Source of the DNA: Octopus vulgaris | Lineage: Eukaryota | Assembly (NCBI GenBank): GCA_951406725.2 | Contig: OX597818.1 | Coordinates: 70,370,001 to 70,434,000 of the forward strand | DNA: 64,000 nt | Direction of reading: 5' to 3' | In this document: piece by piece, positions 53,967 through 64,000 of the stretch | Layout: each line of letters opens with the position of its first letter | Position numbering within the stretch: position 1 is the first letter of the stretch | Program-made: the position numbers and the translations under genes | The notes under the pieces: model-generated | What the model was told of the DNA's origin: nothing | The model's input: the letters and a program-made list of their open reading frames with translations, nothing else | Databases searched by the model: none

Positions 53967-54382
53967 GGCGCAAGAGTGGCTGTGTGGTAAGTAGCTTGCT
54001 TACGAACCACATGGTTACGGGTTCAATCCCACTGCATGGCACCTTGGGCAAGTGTCTTCTACTATAGCCTCAGGCCGACCAAAGCCTTGTGAGTAGATTT
54101 GGCAGATGGAAACTGAAAGAAGCTCGTCGTATATATGTATATATATGTGTGTATGTGTGTGTGTATATGTCTGTATGTCTCTGTTTGTCCCCCCAACATT
54201 GCTTGACAACCGATGCTGGTGTGTTTACTTCCCCATAACTTAGCAGTTCGGCAAAAGAGACCGATAGAATAAGTCCTAGGCTTACAAAGAATAAGTCCTG
54301 GGGTTGATTTGCTCGACTAAAGGCGGTGCTCCAGCATGGCCACAGTCAAATTACTGAAGCAAGTAAAAGAGTAAAGAGAGAG
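53967..54382 (+). mobile_element. SINE family 1, best-preserved copy
   Basis: Pol III A box tggctgtgtgg (53977-53987), B box ggttcaatccc (54020-54030), internal TA/TG microsatellite, tail agtaaaagagtaaagag. Confidence 0.95.
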
Positions 54383-54802
54383 TACAGTACATCTGTCTGT
54401 CTGTCTGACTGTCTGCTTGACTGTCCGCCTGGATGACTGACTGTCTGTCCAAATGTATTATATGTGCGTGTGTGTGTGTGTGTGTGTGTGTGAATGTGTG
54501 CACAAAATATATTAGAGTAAGTCATAGACATGATTGAAAGCGTGAATGGGTGGGAGGGAGACAAAACGATGGCCGTCATGCATGAACGAGGGGGACTTGA
54601 GAGGTTCTGCTGATTGTTTTGTCAAAAACAGGCTGAAACACCCTTTTTGGCTCTCCCATGGGGCAGCTGGAGGTGGGGGATACTTCTTACAGCTAAGGAG
54701 AATGGAAGGTCAGGAAATGAAGTATCTTGCTCAAGGACACAACATGCAGGCCAGTCCAGGGTGAAATCCACAACCTACACAGATACTATGTTTAATGGGA
54801 TT

Positions 54803-55185
54803 TGTGCATGTGTGTGTGTAGTGTATGTGTGTGTGGTGTGGTGTAGTGTGTGTGTGTGTGATGTATGTATGTGTGTGTAATATGTGTGGTGTGGTGTGTG
54901 TAGTGTGGTGTAGTATGTGTGTGTGGTGTATGTGTGTGATGTGTGTGGTGTGGTGTGTGTGCATGTTTGCATGCATGTGTGTGTGTGTAATGTGTTTGTT
55001 GTTGTTTGGTGTGTGTGTGGTGTATGTGTGTGTGTAATGTGTGTGGTGTGGTGTGTGTGCATGTGTGCATGCATGTGTGTGTGTGTAATGTGTGTGTGTG
55101 TAATGTGTGTGTTGTTGTTTGGTGTGTATGTGTGTGTGTGTGATGTGGTGTGTGATGTGTGCACGTGCATGTGAGTGCGTGTGTC
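54803..55185. repeat. Complex (GT)-rich microsatellite with higher-order duplication
   Basis: Blocks such as gcatgcatgtgtgtgtgtgtaatgtgt...gttgttgtttggtgtgt recur. Confidence 0.9.
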
Positions 55186-55924
55186 CTTCTTCCAATCCAG
55201 AATCGATTAAACTGCTAGACAGGATCCAACAAGGTGGAGGCCAGCAATGAGCTCCAGTGTTTGCTTGACATCATTTCTGTAGCTGGATGCCATTCCTAAT
55301 GCCAGCCACTGGGCAGTGTGTACAGGGTGCTTTTTACGTGGCACCAACATTAGTGAGGTCACCAAGTAAGATGCAAAACAAAAAGAAAGATCTCTTGTCA
55401 AATTGGAGATGTCTTTATGCCGAGTGTGGAGAGGTTAAAGTAGGAGAGAAGGACGTGCAGAGACACCTTGCTTTAGAGGAGGCCCAAGGCTGTTGCACGT
55501 TGTATATGGGTGGGAGTAGTTGGAAGGAAGATGGAGATTTTGGTGGTGGTGGTGGTGTCAGAGCATATTCTGAAAGTACAAAAGGATGAGTTTAAGAGAG
55601 AATAGAAAGAGAGGATCAGGAAGGGTTGGGGGTGGGGGATAAATTCATAAGAATATGAAAGGAGAGTAAGAGGGGGCTACAGAGGCGGGGTAAAGGTAAA
55701 TGTAATGAATGGTGAACAAGGATAGAGGTGTGTTTGATGGTAAATATCAGAATGGGATGAGAATGTGATAGACATAGGAGTGACTTAGGAGGAAAGACAG
55801 TAAAAGTGGCTGAAGAGGGAGAGTGGAGAGCATGATAAACCTGTGGAGAGATAAGAAAATGTGTCTGCATATATATACATATATATACATATATATATAT
55901 ATATATCTTTTATATTTCTCATCA

Positions 55925-56413
55925 TATACTTGTTTCAGTCATTAGACTGCGGTCATGCTGGGGCACTGACTTGAAGAGTTTTTAGTTGAACTTACAACCC
56001 CAGTAACTTACATTAACGCAGACAAAATTGCATTTATATGTACACACACACACATGCACACCCACACACACATACATACACACACACAGATAGATAAATG
56101 TAGGAATGGCTGATAGAACTTATTCTATCAGTGTCTTTTGCTGAACTGCTAAGTTACAGAGATGTAAAATATTTGCTACTGCCAACTGAGATCTGCAATT
56201 GTGGCTGGCTTCACCCAGGCTCAAGCAGTGTTGTCAAGCAGTGGTGGAGGACACATAGACACACACTCACACACTCACACACGAGAAGAAAAGTATGGTC
56301 TACCTACTGAATAACCTGCTACCATACAACTTTACAAAGGACTCTACCTACCCAGTGCCCTTGGGTTTAACTATCCCTTAAAGGTATTAAACTCCTCTAA
56401 CTGATACCTATAC

Positions 56414-56449
<36 letters not shown>

Positions 56450-56607
56450 ATGGGCTTCTTTCAGTTTCTGTCTACCAAATCCACTCACAGGGCTTTGGTC
56501 ATCTTAAAACTATAGTAGAAGACACTTACCCAAGGTACCACATAGTGGGACTGAACCCAGAATCATGGAGCTGGGAAGCAAGCTTCTTACCACGCAGCCA
56601 TTCCTAC
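55925..56607 (-). mobile_element. SINE family 1 copy carrying several secondary insertions
   Basis: Tail at 55925-56010, body 56115-56270, head 56450-56607. Foreign segments at 56013-56112, ~56172-56225 and ~56283-56412. Confidence 0.82.
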
Positions 56608-56909
56608 ATTTATCTATCTGTGTGTGTGTGTGTATGTATGTGTGAGTGTGCATGTGTGTGTACATAGAAATGCAATTTTGTCTGCGTTAAACCTCCTTAG
56701 GTTTAAACTCTGATTAGAGGGTTTTTTTTTTAATAATAAATGGAAGTGCTGACAGGATTTCTTTTCTTTTGAGAAAGATTTTAATATTTTTGATTTAAAA
56801 GTGAAAATACAATTCCAGCTTTCATTGATTTTCAGCTCTCCAGTGGATGGTGGTGGTCATTCAATGAAAACATTTCCCTAATTTTACTAAAGTATATGAA
56901 TAAGTATAG

Positions 56910-57205
56910 CTGCAGTTGTGGTTGTGTGGTAAGAAACTTGCTTCCCAACCACATGATTCCAGGTTCAATCCTACTGCGTGGCACCTTGAGCAAGTGTCTT
57001 TTATGATAGCTTCAGTCCTTGTGAGTGGATTTGGTAGACAGAAACTAAAAGAAAATCAGTGTGGGTGTGGGTGTCTCTTTGTCCCCCATCACCTCTCGAA
57101 AACCAGTGCAGTTTGGCAAAAGTCCTGGCGTCGATTCATTTGACTAAAAATTCTTCCAGTGGGTGCTCCAGTATGGCCACAATCTAATGACTGAAACAAG
57201 TAAAC
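56910..57205 (+). mobile_element. SINE family 1 copy with internal deletions
   Basis: Head, B box ggttcaatcc and tail aatgactgaaacaagtaaa. Confidence 0.85.
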
Positions 57206-57582
57206 AATGTAGTAAATTAATTGAATAAATGGATAAAATTTTAAGAGGTTTCAGAAAGAAATAAAGTTCATGAACTTCAACCACACACACACACACACAC
57301 ACATGCATACACACACGCCTACATATACACACATGCATACACACACAGAGAGCACTTTGACTTGTAGAATATTAAAAATTCTTGTGTAAATACCATTCTT
57401 TATGTGTTTCTTCAACGGAGTGAACTCTGCTCCCCACTCCACTCCCTCCAAAATACATCTTTTATAAAAACCAGGTTTATAACCAACAAAACAGAGGAAA
57501 ATAACAAAACATAACCCGATTCCCTCCCCCATTGCTCGTTTTTCTTCTACATTTTTGTTATTGCATTTTTATTGTTGATTTA

Positions 57583-57622
<40 letters not shown>

Positions 57623-57868
57623 GAATCAATTTTTTTTATGCTTAAATATTTTTTTGGTATTTCTTGTCTTTCCATATTTCCATGAAAGCTGAATAAAATG
57701 TCACCATACAATCAAATATTTTTGCAATTTTATCATTTCCATGAAACCTGCATGAATTTCATAAATGTGTGTGCGTGTGCTTGTGCATGTATATATGAGT
57801 GTGTGTATGTATGCATACATGGCTATGTATATTTATATCTATATGTCTATATATGTATGTGCATATAC

Positions 57869-57909
<41 letters not shown>

Positions 57910-58881
57910 CACATATACATATGTATGTATATATATGTATGCATATAAATGTAAATATGTGTATGTGTGTGTCTGTATATGTCTATATTTATATTATATA
58001 TATTATCTAATTTATTGAATTATTTGTTTTTCTTTATTTACATAACATTTATGTTGTTTGTGAGTGGTGGGGGTGGGTGGGAGGTGAGGTTCAATGAACC
58101 AGTCACCTCATTAAATTACATTTCGGTGATAAAACATGGATCAAACGTAATCCGTTGTCATTCCAAAAGGAAACGTCACAGCTTGGTTACTTTAGCACAT
58201 ATCTGAGGCAGCAAATTTCCTTTTTCTGTATGTTTTTTTTTTTGCTTTTGTTTTTGTCTTTTCATTGCTGCTGATGCTGTTGGTGGGAGTGTTGTTGTTG
58301 TTGCTGTTTACAGAATAATTTAGTTTTCATAGTTCAGTCAACTTCACAGTTTACACTAGAAGGTTACGAGAGAGCAAACTCTGAACAACCTGCTCTAGCA
58401 TCCTCGTCACCATCACCATCATCATCATTGTCATTGTCATCATCGTTGTTATTTTAATAATTATTTCAATCATCATCTTCATCGTTATGTTTGCTATCAC
58501 AATCATCATTATCATGACTACCACCAAAATTATAATAATCGTCCTTATTTTCATATTTGCTTCGTTCATCATCACCACCACCATCATCATCATCATTAAC
58601 ATTGTTGCTATTAGCATCATCATCATCCTCATCCTTGTCCTCTATTACCAGGCAGTGAGCTGCTAGCAATGACTGCTAACTAAATGTTTTGTCAGTGTTT
58701 ATTCCCCATTTTCCAGCTTTGCTATTCATCATTCTGGGATGAAGACAAAGTGATCAATGAAATTGGTACCAGTAATAAACTGAGGTCAATAATATTCCCA
58801 ACACCATTTGCCCAAAAAGCTGGTCTTGTGTTACAGTAAAAAAAACCATTACCATATAAAAAGCCATTATTATTATTGTTG

Positions 58882-58919
<38 letters not shown>

Positions 58920-58921
58920 GA

Positions 58922-59146
58922 GGCAGCAAGATGGTAGAATCATTAGCATGCCAAACAAAATGCTTAGCAGATTTTGTCCATCTGCCTTTACATTCTGAGT
59001 TCTGAGTTCAAATTCTGCCATGGTCAACTTCGCCTTTCTTTCAAGATTAATGAAATAAGTGCCATTTGAGCTTTTGGGTCAATGTAATTGACTAAACCCG
59101 ACTGGAAACAAAAATTTCAGGCCTTGTGCCTAATATAGAAAGAATT
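58922..59146 (+). mobile_element. SINE family 2 copy (tail type B) between (TTA)n runs
   Basis: ggcagcaagatggtagaatcattagc...gagttcaaattc...ggccttgtgcctaatatagaaaga. Confidence 0.82.
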
Positions 59147-59154
59147 ATTATTAT

Positions 59155-59960
59155 CATTCCGTAGCCTTCTTTTTATCATGTGCTTTCACTGCACTGTTAA
59201 GTGCAGCTCTAAGTGCCTTGGGTATGTGCTGTGGGTTTTTGTCGTACTCTTATTTTCACTGTATTGAAAGTGCTTTACGTAAGATACCTGCAGTGCCTAG
59301 TTGTGCTATTTTGTGTGTGTTTTATATATTTGTAAGTCTTGGTGTTTTTCTTATGTATTTTCTTTAATGATTTTTAATCATACCTAATGCACCTATTATT
59401 ACAGGTGTTGTTTCTAATTTTAGGCTCCACATTCAGGTTGTCTCTATTTCCAGATCTTTGTATTTTAAGAGTTTCTCCATTTCTTTTAGAAATACATTGT
59501 CATCTGTTGGGATTGACACATCGATTAGAAGACATTTTTTCTTGATGATTTCTGACATTTATATCTGGTCTTTTAGCTTTGCTTCCTCTACCTGTGTGTA
59601 TTGACATATCCCAGAGTATGGTTGCTTTGTCATTTTCTGTGACCTTTTCTGGGGTGTGTCTATACCATTTTTTTTTTCTGTTGTGATTCCATAGTATTTC
59701 CATAGCTTCCAGTATTTATAGGTCTGTGGATAGATTCCTCCTTAACCAGGGCTGGGCAGCCAGAGAAAATAGGATTTATTCTTTCTTCCCCCATCACTGC
59801 ATATTCTGCAGTTACTTATTGTATTTTCCTTCACTACGTATTTCTAGGGGTTTCTGGTGGAGAGGCTTTGACCTTGTGCTGCAATTAAAAATCCTTCCAT
59901 CCCTGCTTTGAGTCCTGAACTTCTCAACTATTGTTGGGATTTTACTTTGTCTATTTCTTT
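59155..59960 (-). mobile_element. R4/Dong-like 3' fragment, decayed
   Basis: ORF 59500-59703 WYRHTPEKVTENDKATILWDMSIHT...KRPDI; downstream KYKDLEIE and IAQLGTAGILRKAL on the minus strand. Confidence 0.82.
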
Positions 59961-59994
59961 TCTGTTATTATTATTATTATTATCATCATCATCA

Positions 59995-61020
59995 TCATCA
60001 TTTATGGTTTCCTTTCATTATAACTTTATTTCAACTGCCTTAGTACCAGGCATCCTCTGGAAGCCAAGAGTAGCAAGGGGCACTTTTGTTTTGCTATGCA
60101 TGTTAAAATTATCACCACATTTATTCCATTTTAGATGGCGAGTGCTTTCTGTAATATATAGACTGTACCCATCAAGGTTATCTTTTGCAGTTCACAGATA
60201 CTGGAGTTACCAGGGAGTTGCTGAATATACTTCTCAACTCCCTTCTTTATCATTCCCAACACACCAGTTATTACTAGTATTATCGTAGAGCTAAGCCTCC
60301 ACATTTTTGTGATTTCAATTTGCAGATCTTTATATTGAGAAAGCTTTTCATATTCCTTTCTTGAGACATTTTGGTCTTGTGGGTCAGACATATCTATTAA
60401 CAGACAAGTTCTACTGTTGTAGTCCTTGATCACAATGTCTGGTCGATTGGAGTCAATTTTTCTGTCTGTTTGTATTGGGAAGTTTTAAAGGATGGTGATG
60501 CCCTCCTCATTTACTACATCCTCTGGATGGAGCCTGTACCACTTATCATGGGATTTAATTTTGTAATATTTACAAGCATTCCTGTGGATGTACTGCCCTA
60601 GTCTGTCATGTCTTATGGGGTACTCCTTTTCAGTGAGGGCTGGGCAGCCAGAAACAACATGATCAATTGTCTCTGTGAATTTTCTGCAGATTCTGCACCA
60701 GGGCTCAGATCCATCTTTAAGGGCGTTTGCAAGGTAGTTTCTGGTAGGTAAGCTCTAATCTTGTGCTGCATTAACAAAACCTTCTGTTTCTCCTTTCAGA
60801 CCTGTCCCTTGTAGCCATTGGTGTGTTAGATTTTGATCAATATCTGACTCGGACAGGCGGTTACGGTATTTTCCATGCAGGAGTTTACCTTTCCAGTTGT
60901 CTTTGATATTTTTCATGCAAGCCTTCTTTCCTTTTTGTTTGATGTTTTTTGCATCAATGAGAGGTTTGTCACTATTTGGATTTCTTTGGTCTTTCTGATC
61001 GTTAATTTCTAAATCAGGAG
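59995..61020 (-). mobile_element. R4/Dong-like non-LTR element 3' part: CCHC knuckle and restriction-like endonuclease
   Basis: Minus strand reads LHGKY...GLKGETEGFVNAAQD*...CRICRKFTETIDHVVSGCP...RHD...RPDIVIKD..TCLLIDMS...EKLSQYKDLQIEITKMW...LQKITLMGTVYILQKAL, with in-frame stops. Confidence 0.9.
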
Positions 61021-61446
61021 AAGCAATAGTAGGTCTGTCAGTATTTGGGTAATTTTAGTCATTCTTATTGTTAACTTGTAGGCCAAGAGACTTTTTAAAT
61101 TTCTGGCTAAGCATCATTGTTATTATTAGAGTCAAGACTTGGTTCTTGGTTACGGTTGAATGATCTTTCACATTGAGCTTTTCAAGGTAGTTTTATTATA
61201 TTCTGACATCAAATGGTAATGAGATAGAGTGTGGAAATTAAGCATTAAAATACCTTTCAGCATTCAGTTGTCTGTTTATGTTGTAAGATCATATAACTGC
61301 TAAAATCAACCTTCATGTGGAGGGGTGGGGAAAGGAATAATTAGGTTTAATTCCTGAGGCAGGTACATTTGACTGCTCCCACTCCCAGCATCCAAAATTG
61401 GATGACCTTGTGTTTATATGAGAAATCATTTTGAATGATCATTGCC

Positions 61447-61750
61447 GATATCATGAAGGTCAAGTTAAGCCAATGAAAGAGAAGTTGGAGTCAGTGAGAG
61501 AGTCTCAAGTGGATGAGAGATAGGTTTAAGTCAGTAAGTCAGTGAGGAAAGCTCAAGCAAATGAGAGGAAGATCAAGTCAATGAAGAGAAGGTTCAAAAC
61601 AATGAAAGAGACACAAACCAGTGAGAGAAACATTCAGCAGATCATTGAGAGAAAGGCTCAAGTCAAGGAGTGACGCTTAAGGTAATAAGAAATGGGTGGG
61701 GCTTGAGTCAGTGAATAAAGCTCAAGTTAATAAGAGCGAGGTTTAATAAG
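61447..61750. repeat. Degenerate ~20-bp minisatellite
   Basis: Recurrent unit approximating aagtcagtgagagaaagctc. Confidence 0.65.
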
Positions 61751-62103
61751 GTAGACTTTTATTCAGTTGATCAACTTACTAGAACTTGCCTTAAAATCCC
61801 ATTCTGCTGGCTCAAAAAGGAACAGATCAGAAAATATGGTTCTTTATATTCTGTCACAGGTAGAATACTTTGATCATAGTTCTGGCTGATAAGACTTGAC
61901 CTAGGGTTAAACCATAGCCATAACATAAACAACAATAACGTCAATGTAAGTTGCTTTTCTCTTTTGTTTACCATTTACCCTGCTATTTATCTGTTATCCA
62001 TTCTACCATTTCAATAGATTTGTATCTTCTCTTTATTCCAATGAAAGGAGGCCATATTCTGCAAACAGATTCCTCTTTGTTCAAGCTCACACCTCTTTCT
62101 CAT

Positions 62104-62178
62104 ATTTCGATGATTTTCCTACATGGTAACCAAAGCGATAATTATCGCTTTGGTTACCATGTAGGTAATCATCGAAAT
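62104..62178. repeat. Palindrome: perfect 48 bp without spacer, extending to ~75 bp
   Basis: cctacatggtaaccaaagcgataa|ttatcgctttggttaccatgtagg (62118-62165) plus outer atttcgatgatt/aatcatcgaaat. Confidence 0.95.
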
Positions 62179-62521
62179 TTTTGTTTGTCTTGTTGAGAGA
62201 GGCTCCTTTTCTTTCCTGATGAGAAGATTGCATAATGCACCCTTTATTCCTTCGGAATGAAAATATGCTGTCTTCGAAACATGTGTCAAGAGTAAAGGAA
62301 TTTTGTTAACATCTTCGTTCGACTCCATTCTTTCATTTATTCATATACAACACACAAATTTCTACACATGAACCCGGAGTTTCTACCCTTGACAGGTCGC
62401 TTCAACCATGTTTTCTGACGTGAATTTGCTACCCAGGTTTCGGTTAAATGAATTTTCCATGCTGACGATAAACATAGGATAATTCATTCACCAACTTAAA
62501 TATATATATATATATATATAT

Positions 62522-62797
62522 AAAGCACCATCCGATCATGACCATTGCCAGCCTCGCCTGGCCTCCGTGCTGGTGACACATAAAAAGCACCATCCGATTG
62601 TGGCCGTTTGCCAGCCTCGTCTGGCACATAAAAAGCACCCACTACACTCACGGAGTGGTTGGCATTGGGAAGGGCATCCAGCCGTAGAAACACTGCCAGA
62701 TCAGACTGGAGCCTGGTGCAGTCTTCTGGCTTCCCAGACCCCAGTTGAACTGTCCAACCCGTGCTAGCATGGAAAGCGGACGTTAAACGATGATGAT
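62522..62797 (+). mobile_element. RTE 3' UTR fragment within (TA)n
   Basis: Tandem aaaagcacc units, gaagggcatccagc motif, gttaaacgatgatgat tail. Another copy at ~63705-63960. Confidence 0.9.
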
Positions 62798-62841
62798 ATA
62801 TATATATATATATATATATTTATAAAATCCTAATATTAATT

Positions 62842-63054
62842 CTTACTGCCAAAGGCAAAAGGCCTGAAATTGTGGGAGAGGGGGACTAGTTGGTTACATT
62901 AACCCCAGTACGCAACTGGTACTTAATTTATCGACCCTGAAAGGCTGAAAGGCAAATTCGACTTTGGCGGAATTTGAACTAAGAACGTTAAGACGCACAA
63001 AATGCTGCTAAGCATTTTGCCAGGCATGCTAACAATTCTGCCAGCTTGCTGCCA
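62842..63054 (-). mobile_element. SINE family 2 copy (tail type B)
   Basis: Homologous to 12763-12975 and 41663-41865. Confidence 0.88.
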
Positions 63055-63966
63055 ATAATAATAATAATAATAATAAAGATTAGCATTCCTTTAATTCCTT
63101 TATACAAATAAATATGTCTAAATTCTGGTTATATAAGAATTATTACTGGATTTATATACTAACCATTGAATAAGCTTTTTTGAATAACTAACTGTGAGCA
63201 ATCTGGTAAATGTTTGAAGATATCCTTCACTAATTCTCAATGTATATATATAGTATTTATATATAGTATATGCGTATATATGAATATGCTTATAGGAAGT
63301 AAACAAATGTGCATCACTCTCAACTGTGACTATTTCATGTGTTTGATCAAGTGAACTGCCTGCAAATGGCTGGGTATCCCACAGAGATGTAACTTTAATA
63401 TAATCCATAGGCAAAGTCAGTCTGGCAGAGTGTAACAAGCCGACCCCTTCAATTACAGGTTTCTGTCTGTTGTGCTTCCATATATTTTCTCTATCCTTAA
63501 TTTTGCTCAAAATGCTTTGTTCAATCTGAGATACACGCACACGCTCTCTCTCTCACTCACACACACAAACATATACATATATATACACACACATATATGT
63601 ATTATATATGTTTATATATATGTATTATATATATACATAAATGTAATATATATGTATATACATATATATTTTATATATACATACATATATGTATTATATA
63701 TATGCCAGTCGGACATAAAAAGCACCATTCAAGTATGGCTGTAGCTAGTGCTACCTGACTGGCTCCCGTGCGGGTGGCACATAAAAAATACCCACTACAC
63801 TCTTGAAGTGGTTGGTATTAGGAAGGGCATCCAGCTGTAGAAACTTTGCCAGATTGGATTGGTGCTTAGTGCTGCCTTCTGGCTTGCCAGCCCTCAGTTA
63901 AACCGTCCAACCCATGCCAGCATGGAAAGTGGATGTTAAACGATGACAATGATGATGATAGTGATG

Positions 63967-64000
<34 letters not shown>

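Noticed and set aside
53967-54045. tRNA gene
   Set aside because: A and B boxes are present, but there is no convincing cloverleaf and the sequence continues into a multi-copy SINE body.
62216-62270. CTGATGA-GAAG...CTTC-GGAA hammerhead-like string; similar partial hits at ~21611 (-) and ~46170 (-)
   Set aside because: The second core box or stems I and III are missing; compatible with chance.

Overview
AT-rich eukaryotic DNA dense in microsatellites ((TA)n, (CA)n, (TAA)n, (CAT)n, (GATA)n) and interspersed repeats. The repeat families look like those of an octopus or other coleoid cephalopod (recognised by eye, not by database search). The window reads as a large intron or intergenic block with no intact host protein-coding gene; almost all listed ORFs are microsatellite or repeat artefacts. 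Supported content: two tRNA-derived SINE families in many copies, an older dispersed repeat family, 5'-truncated RTE LINE copies (one with a PHD-type zinc finger inside the RT region), R4/Dong-like fragments with a restriction-like endonuclease next to (TAA)n runs, a Penelope-like ORF relic, decayed Tc1/mariner elements and MITEs. The most notable signal is a set of sequence-unrelated short elements, mostly inverted repeats at (TA)n tracts, carrying decayed type I hammerhead ribozyme cores (3862-4101, 16436-16483, 17927-18398, 18509-18778). Also notable are a ~2.3 kb foldback whose left arm is split by an RTE insertion, two perfect palindromes, and clear nested or templated insertions. Coordinates were counted by hand; element boundaries are approximate.
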